Below, piece after piece: positions 13,955 to 27,345 of a DNA stretch of 64,000 nt; positions within the stretch are counted from its first letter, which is position 1; every line of letters begins with the position of its first letter. The notes beneath the pieces are model-generated. The model was not told where the DNA came from. It saw nothing but the letters and a program-made list of their open reading frames with translations, and searched no databases. The translations under genes and the position numbers were made by a program. Origin of the DNA: the human T2T-CHM13v2.0 reference genome, Homo sapiens; NCBI RefSeq assembly GCF_009914755.1, contig NC_060934.1, one strand, 5' to 3'.

Positions 13955-14664
13955 TATGATTTATTTTTGGATTTATTTCTATTATCCTATTTTGTGTTGT
14001 CTACCATGACTTTATCCCCACCTGCTTTTTCTGTTGTTATTCTTTGCCCCTTTTGCTGGATTAGGGTGGTTTTCTTTATTTCTGTGATTTGCTTAAAAAG
14101 TTACTCTTGAATTTTTAACGTGTATGTCAGCTTCGTATTTCTCTAACAAATTCTAAATCTACTTAGTAAATTCTATTCTAAAATGAACAAAAATATTTAT
14201 AATATTTTTATTTTTTGCTGGAACACCCAACTTCCATGTTACTGTTATATAGAATTTTAATTCCACTTTGATTTTGAAACACTACATGAAAGTTACTGTT
14301 TATTTTTTTCCGTGTTAATACTTGATTTAGTTCAGCAATATGTTTTTGAATTGATTTGCTCACCATTGTATTTCCCTCCCTGCTTGAATCAGTTTTGTTG
14401 CTGGTGCCCATTCTTCAGTAGCTTCTTTGCAAATGTCAGTGAGGCAGAAACTCTTGTTTTATTTAAATGTCTGGATATGTGTTTAATTATCTTTTTTCTT
14501 CAATGGTAGTTTATTATGTGTAGAAGTTTAGGTTCAGAGTTCTTTACTTTGGGTACATTGAAGATATTTCCCCATGATCCTTTAGCATTCATTTTTGCTA
14601 ATTTTTATGAGTGCTCTGCTACCCACATGATAGCCATTTCTTTACAGTTAATCTGTCATTTAAA

Positions 14665-16846
14665 TTTTGAAATTTTGAAATTTTGTGGATACATAATAGG
14701 TGTATATATTTATGGAGTACATGAGATATTTTCATAGAGGCATATAATGTATAATAATTATATGAGGGTGAATGGGTTATCCATCACCTCAAGCATTTAT
14801 CCTTTCTTTGTGTTACAAACAATCCAATTATGCTCTTTTATTTTAAAATGTATAATAAATTGACTGTAGGCACCCTGTTTTGCTGTCAAATACTAGATCT
14901 TATTTACTCTACATAACTATATTTTTGTACCCATTAACCATCCCCATTCCCACCCCCCACCCCTACTACCCTTTCTAGCCTCTGGTAATCATAATTCTAC
15001 CCTCTATCTCTATGAGTTCAATTGTTTTAACTTTTAGCTCTCACAAATATGTGAGAACGTGAAGTTTCTCTTTCTGTGCCTGGCTTATTTCACTTAACAT
15101 AAAATGTCCTCCAGTTCCATCCATGTTGTTGCAAATGACAGGATCTCATTCTTTTTTATGGCCAAATAGTACTCCATTTTGTATATGCACTGCATTTTCT
15201 TTATCCATTCATCTGTTGATGGAGACTTAGGTTAATTCCAAATCTTGGCTATTGTGAGTAGTGCTTCAATAAACATGCAAGTGCATATATTTCTTCAATA
15301 TATCAATTTCTTTTATTTTGTGTATATACCCAGCAGTGGAATTTCTGAATCATATGGTAACTCTATTTTTAGTTTTTTGAGGAACTTCCAACTGCTCTGC
15401 ATAGTACTAATTTACATTCCCACCAACAGTGTACAAGGATTCCCTTTTCTCCACAGCCTTGCCAGCATTTCTTATTGCCTGTCTTTTGGATGTATGCCAT
15501 TTTAACTAAGGTGAGATGATATATCAGTGTACTTTTGATTTACATTTCTCTGATGATTGGTGATATTGAGAACCTTTTTATAAACCTGTTTGCCATTTGT
15601 ATGTCTTCTTTTGAGGAATGTCTCTTGAGATCTTTTGCTGATTTTCTAATCAGATTATTAGATTTTTCTGATTAAGTTGATTGAGCTCCTCATATATATT
15701 CTTGTTATTAGTCCCTTGTAAGATGGATAGTTTGCAAATATTTGCTCCCATTTTTTGGGTTGCCTCTTCTGTTTCCATTGCCATGCAGAAGCTTTTTAAC
15801 TTGATGTGATCCCATCTGTCCATTTTTGCTTTGGTTGCTTGTGATTAGGGGGTATCACTCAAGAAATCTTTGCTCAGTCCAATGCCCTGGAGAGTTTCCC
15901 CAAAGTTTTCTTTTAGTGGTTTCATAGTTTGAGGTCTTAGATTTATGTCTTTAATCCATTTTGATTTGATTTTTGAATCTGGCAAGAGATGGGGGTTTAG
16001 TTTCCTTTTTCTGCATATGGATATCCAGTTTTCCAAGCAGTATTTATTGAAGAAACTGTCCTTTCCCCAGTGTATGTTCTTGGCACCTTTGTGAAAAATG
16101 AGTTCAATGTAGATGTATGGATTTGTTTCCGGGTTCTTTATTCTGTTCTATTCGTCTGCGACTGTTTTTATGCCAGTACTATGGTGTTTTGGCTACTATA
16201 GCTCTCTGTGATTGAATTTGAAGTCAGGTAATGTGATTCCTCCAGTTTTTGTTGTTGTTGTTGTTTATATCCCGCCCCCCCACCACACTCAGGATAGCTT
16301 TGGCTATTCTGGGTCTTCTGTGGTTCCATATAAATTTTAGGATTGTTTTCTCTATTTCTGTGAAGAATGTAATTAGTTATTTTGATATGGATTGCGTTGA
16401 CTCTGTAGATTGCTTTGGGTATTATGGACAGTTTAACAATATTGTTTCTTCCAATCAATGAACATGGACTATCTTTCCATTTTTTGTGTCCCTTTCAATT
16501 TTTTTCATTAATGTTTTATAGTTTTCATTGTAGAGATCTTTCACTTTTTTGGTTAATTCTTGGCATTCTATTTTATTCATAGCTATTATAAATGGGATTA
16601 CTTTTTATTTTGTTTCTTTTTCTGATTGTTGTTGGCATATAGAAATGCTACTGCTTTTGTATGTCGATGTTGTATCCTGAAACTTTACTGAATTTGTTTT
16701 TCAGTTCTGATAGTTTTTTGGTGGAGTTTTTAGGTTTTTCCAAATATAACATTATATCATCTACAAAGATAATTTGACTTCCTCCTTTCCAATTTGGATG
16801 TCCTTTATTTATTTCTCTTGTCTGATTGCTCTACCTAGGAGTTCCA
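14665..16846 (-). mobile_element. 5'-truncated L1MA element with decayed ORF2 and 3' UTR
   Basis: ORF2 remnants [36 protein letters not shown] and [21 protein letters not shown]; probable TSD TAATCTGTC(A/G)TTT near 14650 and 16848. Confidence 0.9.
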
Positions 16847-17069
16847 GTAATCTGTCGTTTTTTAAATGAAGGCTTTACGATTTTTCTCTGTGTTCTGGAT
16901 ACTCTGATGTTTCACTGTGACCTTTCCATTTTTAATTTTTAACTAATATATTAAGTTGAGCCTACAAGTTCAAGGCTGCAGTGAGCTATGATTGCACTAC
17001 TTGCATTCCAGCCTGGAAAACAGAGCAAGACTCTGTCTCTTAAAAAAAAGAAAAACGAAAAGTAGTTGT

Positions 17070-17685
17070 CTGTGGTTCCCTAAAAATAGCTTCAAAACGC
17101 TTGGAGTTTTCTGTGTGATGGGAATGGTTTTGTTTTACTGATTAGATGACTCACTGTGGGCCATTAGATAGCTTTAGGATGGGAACTGCCCTCCAAAAAG
17201 ACCAGGAATAGGATTAGAGGGTTAGAACTTTCAGCCACTTGCCCTCTAGGGCGGGAATGTTTGGAGATTGAGTTCAGTTATGTGACCAATGATTTAATCA
17301 ATCATGCCTAAGTAATAAAACTCCAATAAAAACTCTGCTCATGGAGACTTGGGGGAGCTTCCTGGCCGGAGAATACATCAATGTGCCGAGAGCGTGTCAT
17401 AGCCTGACTGTATTGGGAGAAGCTCTTGTCCTGGACTCTCCCAGACTTTGCCCTATGTGTATCCTTTAAAATAAAACTGTAATAATGAGTATAGCATTTT
17501 CTTGAGTTCTTTGAGTCATTCTAGTAAGTTATCAAACCTGAGGAGATAGTGAGAACCCTGAATTTGTAGCCAGTTTGTCAGAAATGTCAGGGGCTGGGGA
17601 CCCTACTTGTAACTGAATTTTAAAACCTGTAGAGTTTGATGCTAAGTCTGGGTGGTTTGTGTCAGAACTGAATTCTAGTTCACAC
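17070..17685. mobile_element. MER21-type LTR
   Basis: gattagagggttagaactttcagcc and ccaatgatttaatcaatcatgcctaagtaataaaactcc hallmarks. Confidence 0.7.
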
Positions 17686-17794
17686 CTGTCTTAGTCCATT
17701 TTGTGCTATTATAAAAATACCACAGACTGAGCAATTTATAGTGAGCACAGATTTATTGGTTCATGGGTCTGGTGGCTGGGAAGTCCAAGATTAT

Positions 17795-19921
17795 ATACCT
17801 TGCACATAAACTGTTTTTTCAATAGTTTCACATTCAGGATGCCTAATTACTTTTAAATTATACAACATTTCTTGCATAAATTCCCTTTTATAACTTTTTT
17901 TCACGACTTTTACAGACAATTCTTTGGCATGCCTCAGCTTTCTCACTTGTTGCAAACATCCCTTTCTTTAAACAACCAGTTAATTTATTTTAGGATAAGG
18001 ATTTACCATATAACATTCCTTTTTACATAAATTCTCCCCCCCCCCCTTTTTTTCTCAAAGATGATAACCATTCTTTTCCAAAGCAAACTTCCTTCATGTC
18101 TGTGGACTAGACTGTCTAAGGCTACAAGATTAGAAGTTAGGCTAATACATGTTACACTGTTAACTTTTAGCAAATTTACTTTTGTTGAATACCTTGTAAG
18201 TTTGGGATTTCAATTATTCTTTGCTATTAATAAGACTTTGTTCAGTCCACATTAACTTAGAGTTGGTATAGATGGCTCTTCCCTGATTCTGTAAGCACTT
18301 TAAGGCTTGGCTGAGTGCAAACAGCTCATAAGTTTGAGCAGACCAATTATTAGGCAGTTTTCCTGACTCTGCTTCTACAAGAGTTTTCTTATCACTTACT
18401 GAATACCCATTGTGTCTTTTTCCCTCAGTCACCTGGGAGGAACCATCTATCGTCCTGTCCTGAAGGGAGTTCCTCCTAGGTTTGGTTGGACCTTTGTATG
18501 GTAATTAAGATTTAGATTTCCCTGTTAGGAAACCTGCTGGGTTAAGGGAATTTTCAGTGGTTAATATTACATCGTCTTTTTCTAACAGAATAGCCTTGTA
18601 CTTTAAGGTTCTTGAGTCTTGAGTCTTGAGTCTTAAGCTACATTTTTGCTTTTTTTTTTTTTTTGACTTAGGATAGTTCTGACCTGATGAGGTGTGCTCA
18701 CAATGAGGTTTCCTCTAAAAGTTATTTTTCTACTTTTTCTGTTAGCAAAGCAGTTGCCGCTACAGATTGAATGCATTTGGGCCATTCGCTGGTTACTGGG
18801 TTAAGGATTTTGATTAGGAGGGCTACCGGTTGTCAGTGGCCTCAGTGCTTTCAGGCTACGCCCTTGTTCACACTGACAACAAGGTGGCATTGGAGTGTTA
18901 TAGGGTCATGGAGAAGACCTTCAATTATCAATTATAGGTTTTAAATTTACCCTGGCTTTTAAAGGAATAGGATACACTGTCTTCTCTTTACTACTTCTAT
19001 CTCTCTCTTTCTCTCTTTGACTTTCTGTCTCTCTCTCTCTCTGACTCCCTCTTTGTCCCTCTGTCTCTTCCTCTCTCTGCCTCTCTGTCTCTCTCTCTCT
19101 CTTTGATTCCTCTTTGTCTTTCTGTCTCTTCCTCTCTCTCTCTCTTTCCTCTCTCTCTCCCCTCTCTCTCTCCCCCCCCTCCCTCTGTCTCTCTCTCTCA
19201 CTCTCTCTTTCTCTCACTCTCTCTCTCTTTCTGTTTCCTCTCTGCTGGTCTTTCCCTGCCTCTGCTAGCCACTTATGCTGCTGTTCCCTCCTCTCCTTCC
19301 CCTTCCCCTAGGGGAGGGACCGGCGGGAGAGGAGCTACTCTTTCTTCCCTCGAGAAGAAAGGAAAGGGGGATTCTGAATATTTTTCTTGCTACCAGAGGT
19401 TTGTGTGAGGTTCAACCCCCTCCGTGGGGATTTCTCACCTCTTTTTGAGTTTCAACCCCCACCCCCCATGGGGATTTCTCACTTCTTTTTAACCTCTAAG
19501 ACATCCCGACTAAGGAGTACTTCACCGCCCCCCACTGCTTTCTTTCCCTAGTCCAGCCTAAGGAATGCTTTACCACCTCTGTGGTTTCTCTTTCCTTGGT
19601 ATGTCCTAATCAAGGAATGCTTTACTACCCCGTGGCTTTTTCCTTAGTCGCGACCACCAAGGAAATACTTTACCGGCTCCTGCAGCTTCTCCTTCCTTGG
19701 TCTGTGCACAGAGTCGTGGCTGCAGTATATGAGGATCCTTTAAGCTAGGTTGCTGGCCAGTTTCTTTCCACGTTGCTGAGAGCTCAGGTTATTCCTGGCA
19801 CTGGGTGGGTCATGATTTCTCACCCCTGAGGCCATCACAAGTGGGCAGGGTGCGCCTCCTCACGAGAGAGAACCAGAGACCGGCCCTGGAAGGGAACTTA
19901 ATCATGGGCGAGCCCCCAAAT
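17795..19921 (-). mobile_element. HERV-IP10 (HERVIP10FH-like) internal sequence, 3'-truncated
   Basis: PBS TGGGGGCTCGCCCATGAT at 19901-19918 (tRNA-Pro-like); RNase H remnant LPNNWSAQTYELFALSQALKCLQNQGRAIYTNSK at 18214-18432; GA-rich tract at about 19000-19240; no second LTR seen. Confidence 0.8.
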
Positions 19922-20482
19922 TGTTATAAATAAAGTTTCGGTGCTGCAAAATAAATAGCTCTCAAATATAAAATTTTCTTTTTAATTATCAGCAAGGCAA
20001 GTTACTTCTATAGAAGGGTGCGCCTTTACAGATGGAGCAATGGTGAGCAGCACACTTGGACAAGGGAGGGGAAGGGGTTCTTATCCCTGACGCATGTGGC
20101 CCCTGCTGCTGTGTCATTCCCCTGTTGGCTAGGGTTAGGCTGCACAGGCTAAACTAATTTTGATTGGCTAATTTAAAGAGAGTGATGGGGTGGTGAGTGG
20201 TTTGGCAGGAAAAATGGTTATGACAGAGCAGGTAATTGGAATGAGTCAGGGTGGAGCAGGTAATCAGAATGAGTCAGGGTAGAGCAGGTAATCGGATTGA
20301 GTCAGGGTGGAGCAGGTAATCCACATGAGTCAGGGTGGAGTAGGTAATCGGAATGAGTCAGGGTGGAGCAGGTAATCAAAAAAGATTGCTTTACAAGGAA
20401 GTTAAGTTTAAAAGTAGAAGGCAAAGAATTGAACATACTGACATTGATTCTTTGAAGAGAAATTTAGAACTCATATCCAACA
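19922..20482 (-). mobile_element. LTR10 (LTR10F-like) 5' LTR, 561 bp
   Basis: Minus strand starts TGTTGGATATGAGTTCTAAATTTCTCTTCAAAGAATCAA and ends TTTATTTATAACA; immediately followed by the PBS. Confidence 0.88.
20226..20377. promoter_or_regulatory. 28-bp VNTR with five AP-1 sites inside LTR10
   Basis: TGAGTCA at 20242, 20270, 20298, 20326 and 20354. Confidence 0.9.
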
Positions 20483-20878
20483 AGTCCATTAGATTGGAGT
20501 GCTAAAAAATGGGTCCCATGTGACCTGCATGGTGGTGTGGATTTGTAGTCCTAGCAACTCAGGAGGCTGAGCCTGGGAGTTTGGGGCTGTGGTGAGCTAT
20601 TATTATGCCACTGCACTCCAGCCTGGGTGAGACCCTGTCTCTGAAAAAAAAAATACACACACACACAGACATGTAATTTATTATATGATCTGGTGGATAA
20701 AAGGCTTAAAAATTGGAACTATAAAGAGCAAAACATGAATTTTCTCTTTGCCCTAGACCACTCCTCCTTTCAATTTTCACTCTGTTCCTGAACTTTCCTA
20801 TTTTCACATTGTTCCTCAATAGTAACCATTGTTAGCTATTTAGTGTGAATCCTTCCCAAACTCTGTTTGTCAGTATAG

Positions 20879-20879
<1 letters not shown>

Positions 20880-20918
<39 letters not shown>

Positions 20919-20943
20919 ACACGTGCACCCACAGTGCATCTGG

Positions 20944-20989
<46 letters not shown>
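20880..20989. repeat. (CA)n and (TA)n microsatellites
   Basis: Direct reading. Confidence 0.95.
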
Positions 20990-20992
<3 letters not shown>

Positions 20993-21395
20993 TATGATTG
21001 TCAGTTTTACACATCAACTTGGCTAGGGTACAGTTTCCATCGTTCAATCAACACTAACCTAGGTGTGTTGCTGTAAAAGCATTTTTGTAGATGTGATTAA
21101 AATCTATATTCTGTTGACTTTGAGTAAGGGAGACGATCCTAGATAATCTGGATGGGCCTGAATCAATCATTTGAGAGTTCTTAAGAGCGGAGCTGAGTCT
21201 TCCCTGAAGAAAAAGGAATTCTGCCTGTGGATAGCAGCATCAGTTCATGCCTGATAGTTCCAGACTTCTCTCCCTGATGGCCTGCTCTATGGTTCTCAGA
21301 CTGCCTAGCCAGCCTGACAATTGCATACACATATTCCTTGCAATAAGTCTCTTAATATGTATTTCCTACTGGTTTTGTTTCTTTAGTTGAACTAT

Positions 21396-21400
<5 letters not shown>
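20990..21400. mobile_element. MLT2 (MLT2D-like) LTR flanked by TA repeats
   Basis: tcaacttggctagg...ttgactttgagtaagggaga...tcctagataatctggatgggcctgaatcaatca. Confidence 0.75.
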
Positions 21401-21441
<41 letters not shown>

Positions 21442-21599
21442 TACATATATATATTTCTGTAGCTTGCTTTTTCACTAACAATGCGTCTCAGAGATGGCAT
21501 ATTTAACTGCTGCGTAATGTCACAAAATGTCACACAAATAAGGATATAGCATAGCTCATCTAATCATTCTGTTATTGGTGGATATTTGTTTTTCCCAAT

Positions 21600-22075
21600 T
21601 TAAAAAATGGTGGTAAAATATACATAACATAAAATGTACAACCTCAACCATTTCTAAGTGTACTGTCCAGTGGCATAATGTTGTACAACCATCACCACCA
21701 TCCATCTCCAGACCACTCATCTTGCACAACAGAAACCTTGTATCTCTTAAACCACTCCCCATTCCTCCCTGCCCCCAGCCCCCATCTAACCATCATTCTC
21801 CTGTCTATCTCTGTGATTTTGACTACTCTAAATAAATATCTCAGATAAGTGAAATCATACAGTATTTGTCTTTTTGTGATTGGCTTATTTCATCTAGCAT
21901 GATATCCTCAAGGTTCATCCATGTTTTAGCCTATGTCAGAATTTCCTTCCTTTATAAGGCTGAATGACATTCTATTGTACCACATTTTGCATATCCCTCA
22001 AACATTGATGGACCCTTGGGTTGCCTCCATGTTTTAGCTGTTGTGACTAATGCTGCTATAAACATGGGTGTATAA
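21600..22075 (-). mobile_element. L1MB 3' end fragment
   Basis: tggtaaaatatacataacataaaat...catacagtatttgtctttttgtgattggcttatttca. Confidence 0.8.
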
Positions 22076-22537
22076 AGCTCATGGCTTTCATGAGACCCCA
22101 CTGCGCATCCTTGACTTAAGGGTTTGGTCAGGGGAGAGCAGAGCAGATTCTTTGGTGCCTATTCTGCTGGTACTGTAGAAGGGAGAGCTGCATGACATAA
22201 GCCCTATTTTTTCTTAACATTTTCATTGCATGGAATTTGTATGTACAGTAAGAGTTGGCATAAGCCAGGGCTTATATGCTTTAATGAAACTGAAAGAATC
22301 TCAGTCCAGAAAGGCTGCTAGGTTACTTGCATAGGTGTTGCTTTATTCTGTGGGGCCAGTGGCTCTTTTGGTGACATACCATGTAGCAGCTGGAAAACAT
22401 TAATTACCATTTTCTGTACCTGTCAAAAATGTTTTATAATCATTACCCGAATTATATGCATGTACATATATGATTTTATATATGTATGTGTGTATATACA
22501 CACACACACATATATGCATATTGTAGTAAATCACAGT

Positions 22538-22983
22538 TGTGAACCCCAAAAATCTGAGACAGGTCTCAGTTAATTTAGAAAGTATATTTTGCCAGGGTTG
22601 AGAATGCACACCTGTGACACAGTCTCACGAGGTCCTAATGACATGTGCCCAAGTGGTCAGAGCACAGTTTGATTTTACACATTTTAGGGAGACATGAGGC
22701 CTCAGTCAACTTAGGTAAGATGAACATTGATTTGGTCTGGAAGGGCGGGACAAATCGAAGTGGGAGGGGGCTTCCAGGTCATATGTAGGTAAGAGACAAA
22801 TGGTTGCATTCTTTTGAGTTTCTGATGAGCCTCTCCAAGGGAGGCCATCAGATATGCATTTATGTCAGTGAGCAGAGGGGTGACTTTGAATAGAATGGCA
22901 GGCAGGTTTGCCCTAAGCAGTTCCCAGCTTGACTTTTCCCTTTAGCTTAGTGATTTGGGGGCCCAAGATATTTTCCTTTCACA
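22538..22983 (-). mobile_element. MER4A-like LTR
   Basis: tgtgaaccccaaaaatctgagacaggtctcagttaatttagaaag ... ttttcctttcaca. Confidence 0.8.
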
Positions 22984-23659
22984 CAGGAAAGAAAATATTC
23001 CTAATAAAGTGAACTACTGGTGTGAAATGAAGTAGACTTTAAAACTAAAATAAATATGAGTTGGATCTTGAGCTGAGTAGCAAGTTTAAATTAAAAGCCA
23101 TACAGAAATAAATAACAGCAATTTGATTTTGCTTTCTTTAATTGTCACACAACAGCTTTATATATTTTAGTATCTAAAAAGCACAGGCAATATCTTAGAC
23201 TTCACAGGTCACTTCTGAGAGCTGGTGGCAATTTATCCTAAACACAAACTGATTAACCAATAAGAATATTCTGAAGTATTCAGTCTGGTTATATTGTTGC
23301 AGCTAAGCTGCAAGATCTCCATTTTTGACAGTTGTGTTTAGTATGAAAATAATCTTTGTCATATTTTCAGGACTTTAAAAAATTTGTGAATTACTGTTGA
23401 CATTTTTTAACATCAGAGTGAAATAGATTTTTTTTTACCTAAAACTGAGGAGGTTACATAAAAGAGTTTAAATGGTTTATTCCTGTTGATTGGGATCTGT
23501 TATTCCTTCTTTACTTCTCTACTTTTTCCCCCTTTTTATTTTTAACAAAGAAAGTTTCACAACATTGGAGGCTTTATTTTGGTCTATTTTTTATCTTGGT
23601 TTGCTAAATGTACTTTCTTTTGACTATTCAGTAGAAATACCTGTCTTGAGTCTAAAACC

Positions 23660-24615
23660 TGTTGATGTAAAAAACAAACAAACAAACCCCAGACTGTAAA
23701 ATATTTTAAAGAGGTTTATTCTATACTAATATGAGTGGCTGTGGCCCAGGGAACAGTCTTGAGAGCTTCTGAGAAAGAGTGCCTAGGCAGTTGGGTTACA
23801 GTTTGGTTTTATACATTTTAGGGAGATAGGAATTGCAGGTAAAATACTAAATTAATATATGGAAAGTCTGTATTCGTTCAGCCTAAAAAGGTGGGATATC
23901 TTGAAGTGGGCAGTGAGGTGGGGGTGAGGTGGGGTGGGATTACAGGTCCTAGGTGGATTCAAAGATTTTCTGGTTGGCAATTGGTTGAAAAAGTTAAGCT
24001 TTGTCTAAAGATTTGAAGTCAGTAGAAAAAAATGCTTGAGTTAAGATAAGGTGACTTATGGAGACCAAAGATCTTGTTTTGAAGATGAAGTCTCATAGGT
24101 AGCAGCCTTCAGAGAGAATACATGGTAAATGTCTTTTTTTCAGATCTTAAAATATATCAGACTCTTAGTTAATCTCTCCTAGATCCAGGAAAGGCTTGGA
24201 AAGGGAAGGCCTGGCTGCATTCATAGAGATTCTCTACAGATGCAAATTTCCCCCACAAAAGACAGCTTTGTGAGCAATTTCAAAATATGTCAAATAAATA
24301 TATTTTGGGGTAAAATACTTTGATTTCTCTCGCGGTCTGCCATGTATCATGCAATGCTATACCAGAGTCAGGTGGGAATTTGGTATCTTATTGCCACAAA
24401 GAGTCTGTTTTTTCAGTCTTGTGATCTCTATTTAATGTTGATGCTGGTTGGTTCTGCCTAAACTCCAAAATGGAGGGGACATAATCAGGTATGTCCAAAC
24501 TCTCTTCCTGTCATGGCAGGAATTCAATCTTTCAGATTTCTCTGGGGTCTTCTTGGCTAACAAGGGATCCATTTTGTCAGCTGGAGGGTGCTTAGGAATT
24601 TATTTTTGGTTTACA
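23660..24615 (-). mobile_element. MER4-group LTR (MER4D/E-like)
   Basis: ctgtaaaatattttaaagaggtttattct...tttggttttatacattttagggaga...gattctctacagatgcaaatttcccccacaaaagacagctttg. Confidence 0.72.
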
Positions 24616-25181
24616 AACCTATTAAACTTTCAGTGGCCATCAGAGAAATGTCCTCATCCTCATGGCTATCTTCTTATAATGTTTACAGTACCACCAGATT
24701 ATTAATTTACTTAAGGTAATTAGAACTCTATCAGATAAAAGTGAAAGGAAATCTTTTTTAAATAAAAGCACTTTCAAAAGTAATTGATTAAATATATATT
24801 GTGGAGTCTTACAAAACAACTTAGCTTCTGGAAGGTCAGGGGTATAGCTGGGCCTTGGGAACACCTGGAACCAAGCCTTGAGTTCCCTCAGGAGTCTCAT
24901 GGTTTATCCATTTTTCTGCCTGCCCTGGCTTCCTTTTCTTTGAAAACAGAGGAATTTTTCTCCAAAAGTCTGCTAGTAGACTTGAGTTTGAATTATAAGA
25001 GTTTCTTGATTCCAGTTCTAAAATTCTAGGAAAAGGACACTGATTGGCTTAGCATGGGCCATGTGCCTGCCTATAGACCAATTAAGTACTACAAGGAAAT
25101 GAATACAACAGTAACAATATCTTGGCTCCGGTGACCACTCCTGGTGGTCAGTCAGTTGTATCCTGGAAGTAGGGTCATAGT

Positions 25182-25558
25182 GTTGCAGAATATTGCTCCT
25201 TAGTTCAGCTAAAACTGGGTTCTTGTCACACGACCAGGAAAATTTAGGCACGCACACACACTGAAGGGTGAGTAGAACAGGATTTTATTGGGTGAAAAGA
25301 GAAAAAAAGAAAAAAAAAAAACTCAGCAAAGCAAAATGGAGTCCTGCTAACAGGCCTCCCACCTCACAGATTGAATCGCAGGCCACTGCACAGGAACTGA
25401 AGAGGCCCGGCTCCTCCCACTGCCTGTGGCTCCCCCCCACCTTTTCCCAAGTGCACATGTGGGCATGCTCAGACAAGGCCCTGGGCAAGTTCCCTCATCT
25501 GCATAAAAGTATCTAATGTAAACACTTGTGGGGCAGGTCGGAGATTCTCCAGGGTCCC
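25182..25558 (-). mobile_element. MER61-like ERV1 LTR
   Basis: ctccttagttcagctaaaactgggttcttgtcacacgaccaggaa ... taaacacttgtggggcaggtcggagattctcc. Confidence 0.7.
25461..25492. promoter_or_regulatory. p53-family response element (three RRRCWWGYYY half-sites)
   Basis: GGGCATGCTC (perfect), AGACAAGGCC (1 mismatch, no spacer), 2-bp gap, GGGCAAGTTC (perfect). Confidence 0.7.
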
Positions 25559-25992
25559 TGTATTAGTCAGGGTTCTCTAGAGACAGAACTAATGGAATAT
25601 ATATATATATAAAGGGGAGTTTAGTAAGTATTAACTCACATGATCACAAGGTCCTGCAATAGGCCATCTGCAGGCTGAAGAGCAAGGAGAGCCAGTCCAA
25701 GTTCCAAAACTGAAGAATTCAGAGTCCTGTGTTTGAAGGCAGGAAGCATCTAGCATGGGAAAAAGATGTAGGCTGAGAGGCTAGGCCAGTCTCTCTTTTC
25801 ACATTTTTCTGCCTGCTTATATTCTAGCCACACTGGCAGCTGATTAGATGGTGCCCACCCAGATTAAGGGTGGGTCTGCCTTTCCCAGCCCACTGACTGA
25901 AATGTTAATCTCCTTTGGGAACACGGTCACAGACACACCCAGGATCAATACTTTGTATCCAGTCAAGTTGACACTCAGTATTAACCATCACA
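25559..25992. mobile_element. MLT2A1 LTR
   Basis: tgtattagtcagggttctctagag ... caagttgacactcagtattaaccatcaca. Confidence 0.88.
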
Positions 25993-26191
25993 GACCACTT
26001 AACCATTATAACCATGTGTGAGATTAGCCAAATTACTTCATTTTTCTGTGCCTCCATTCCTTTATCCGTAAAATGGGATTAAATTGTTCCCCTTTCATAG
26101 AGTTGTTTGAGGATTTTATGAGAAAATGCAGCATTCTTTGTAATAGTGCAAACCTGGAACCTGGAAACAATATAATAGAAACACTCATTAC

Positions 26192-26395
26192 TGTATTAGG
26201 CTGTTTATGCATTGCTATAAAGAAGTATCTGAGACTGGATAATTTATTAAGAAAAAGGTTTAATTGGTTTATAGTTCTGCAGGCTATACAGGAAGCATAA
26301 CACAGGCATCTGCTTCCAGGGAGGCCTCAGGAGGCTTACAATTGTGGTAGAAGGTAAAGGGGGAGCAGGTATCTCGCATGGTGGGAACAGGAGGA

Positions 26396-26467
<72 letters not shown>

Positions 26468-26662
26468 GTGCCATGCCTTCAAATAGCCAGATCTTGCAAG
26501 AAGTCACTCATTATTGCGATAGCACCAAGAGGATGATGCTAAACTACTCATGAGAAATCCACCCCCACAATCCGATCATCTCCCACCAGGACCCACCTCT
26601 GATACTGGGGATTACAATTCAACATGAGATTTGGGTGGGAACACACATCCAAACCATGTCAA
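26192..26662. mobile_element. MSTA/MSTB (MaLR) LTR with internal (GA)n
   Basis: tgtattagg...gcattgctataaagaagtatctgagactggataatt ... aattcaacatgagatttgggtgggaacacacatccaaaccatgtca. Confidence 0.85.
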
Positions 26663-27014
26663 TTACCAAGGGACAAGTTAAAGAAGTTGGTGGACTCAAG
26701 CAGTTGACCGCTATGCAGACAAAATATATGTCCCCAGCAGAGGGCAGGCTTCTACCTACAACACATGTGATCATTTTCCCCGGTCCCTCTAGTTTGCAGA
26801 GGTTGAGGGCAGAGCTCAACCTGGAGTGTACAGCCTGAGACAGAGGGACCATGCTCCCTGTGTCCTAATGGGAAAGGACTCTTCTTGGGTAGAAATGTAG
26901 TTACTGAGTTTTGCTTTCTCCTATAGAGGAAAGATGAGCAAAAACAGGGAGATGGAGACCTGGTGAAGAGAGGGTGCAGAAGTGGCTAAGTGGGGTGATG
27001 GTGGTGAGGAGATT

Positions 27015-27345
27015 TGTTGGTGAACTACAGCCCGTAGGCCAAATCCAGCCCACCGCCTGATTTTGCATGGCCCAGGAGTGAAGAATGATTTTTTACATTA
27101 AAATGATTGAGAAATAAATTTTTTAAAAGAACAATATTTCATGACTTGTGACATTATATAAAATTCAAATGTCAGTATCCATAAATAAAGCTTTATTGGA
27201 AGATGCCAGACTCATGCACTTATGTATCGTCTAGGGCTGTTTTCCCCTGTGCAGAGTTGAAGAGTTTGGCAGAGACCACATGGCTCCCAAAGCCTAAAGT
27301 ATTTACTATGTGATCCTTTACCAAAAAAGCTTGCTAACCCCTGCC
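27015..27345. mobile_element. MER58-type hAT-Charlie element
   Basis: aactacagcccgtaggccaaatccagcccaccgcctg ... aagcctaaagtatttactat...aaaaagcttgctaacccctg. Confidence 0.75.

Noticed and set aside
18921-19408. RE-repeat ORFs
   Set aside because: GA-rich low-complexity tract inside the ERV internal region
20226-20377. 28-bp repeats as a novel array
   Set aside because: Contiguous units without spacers; the known LTR10 VNTR
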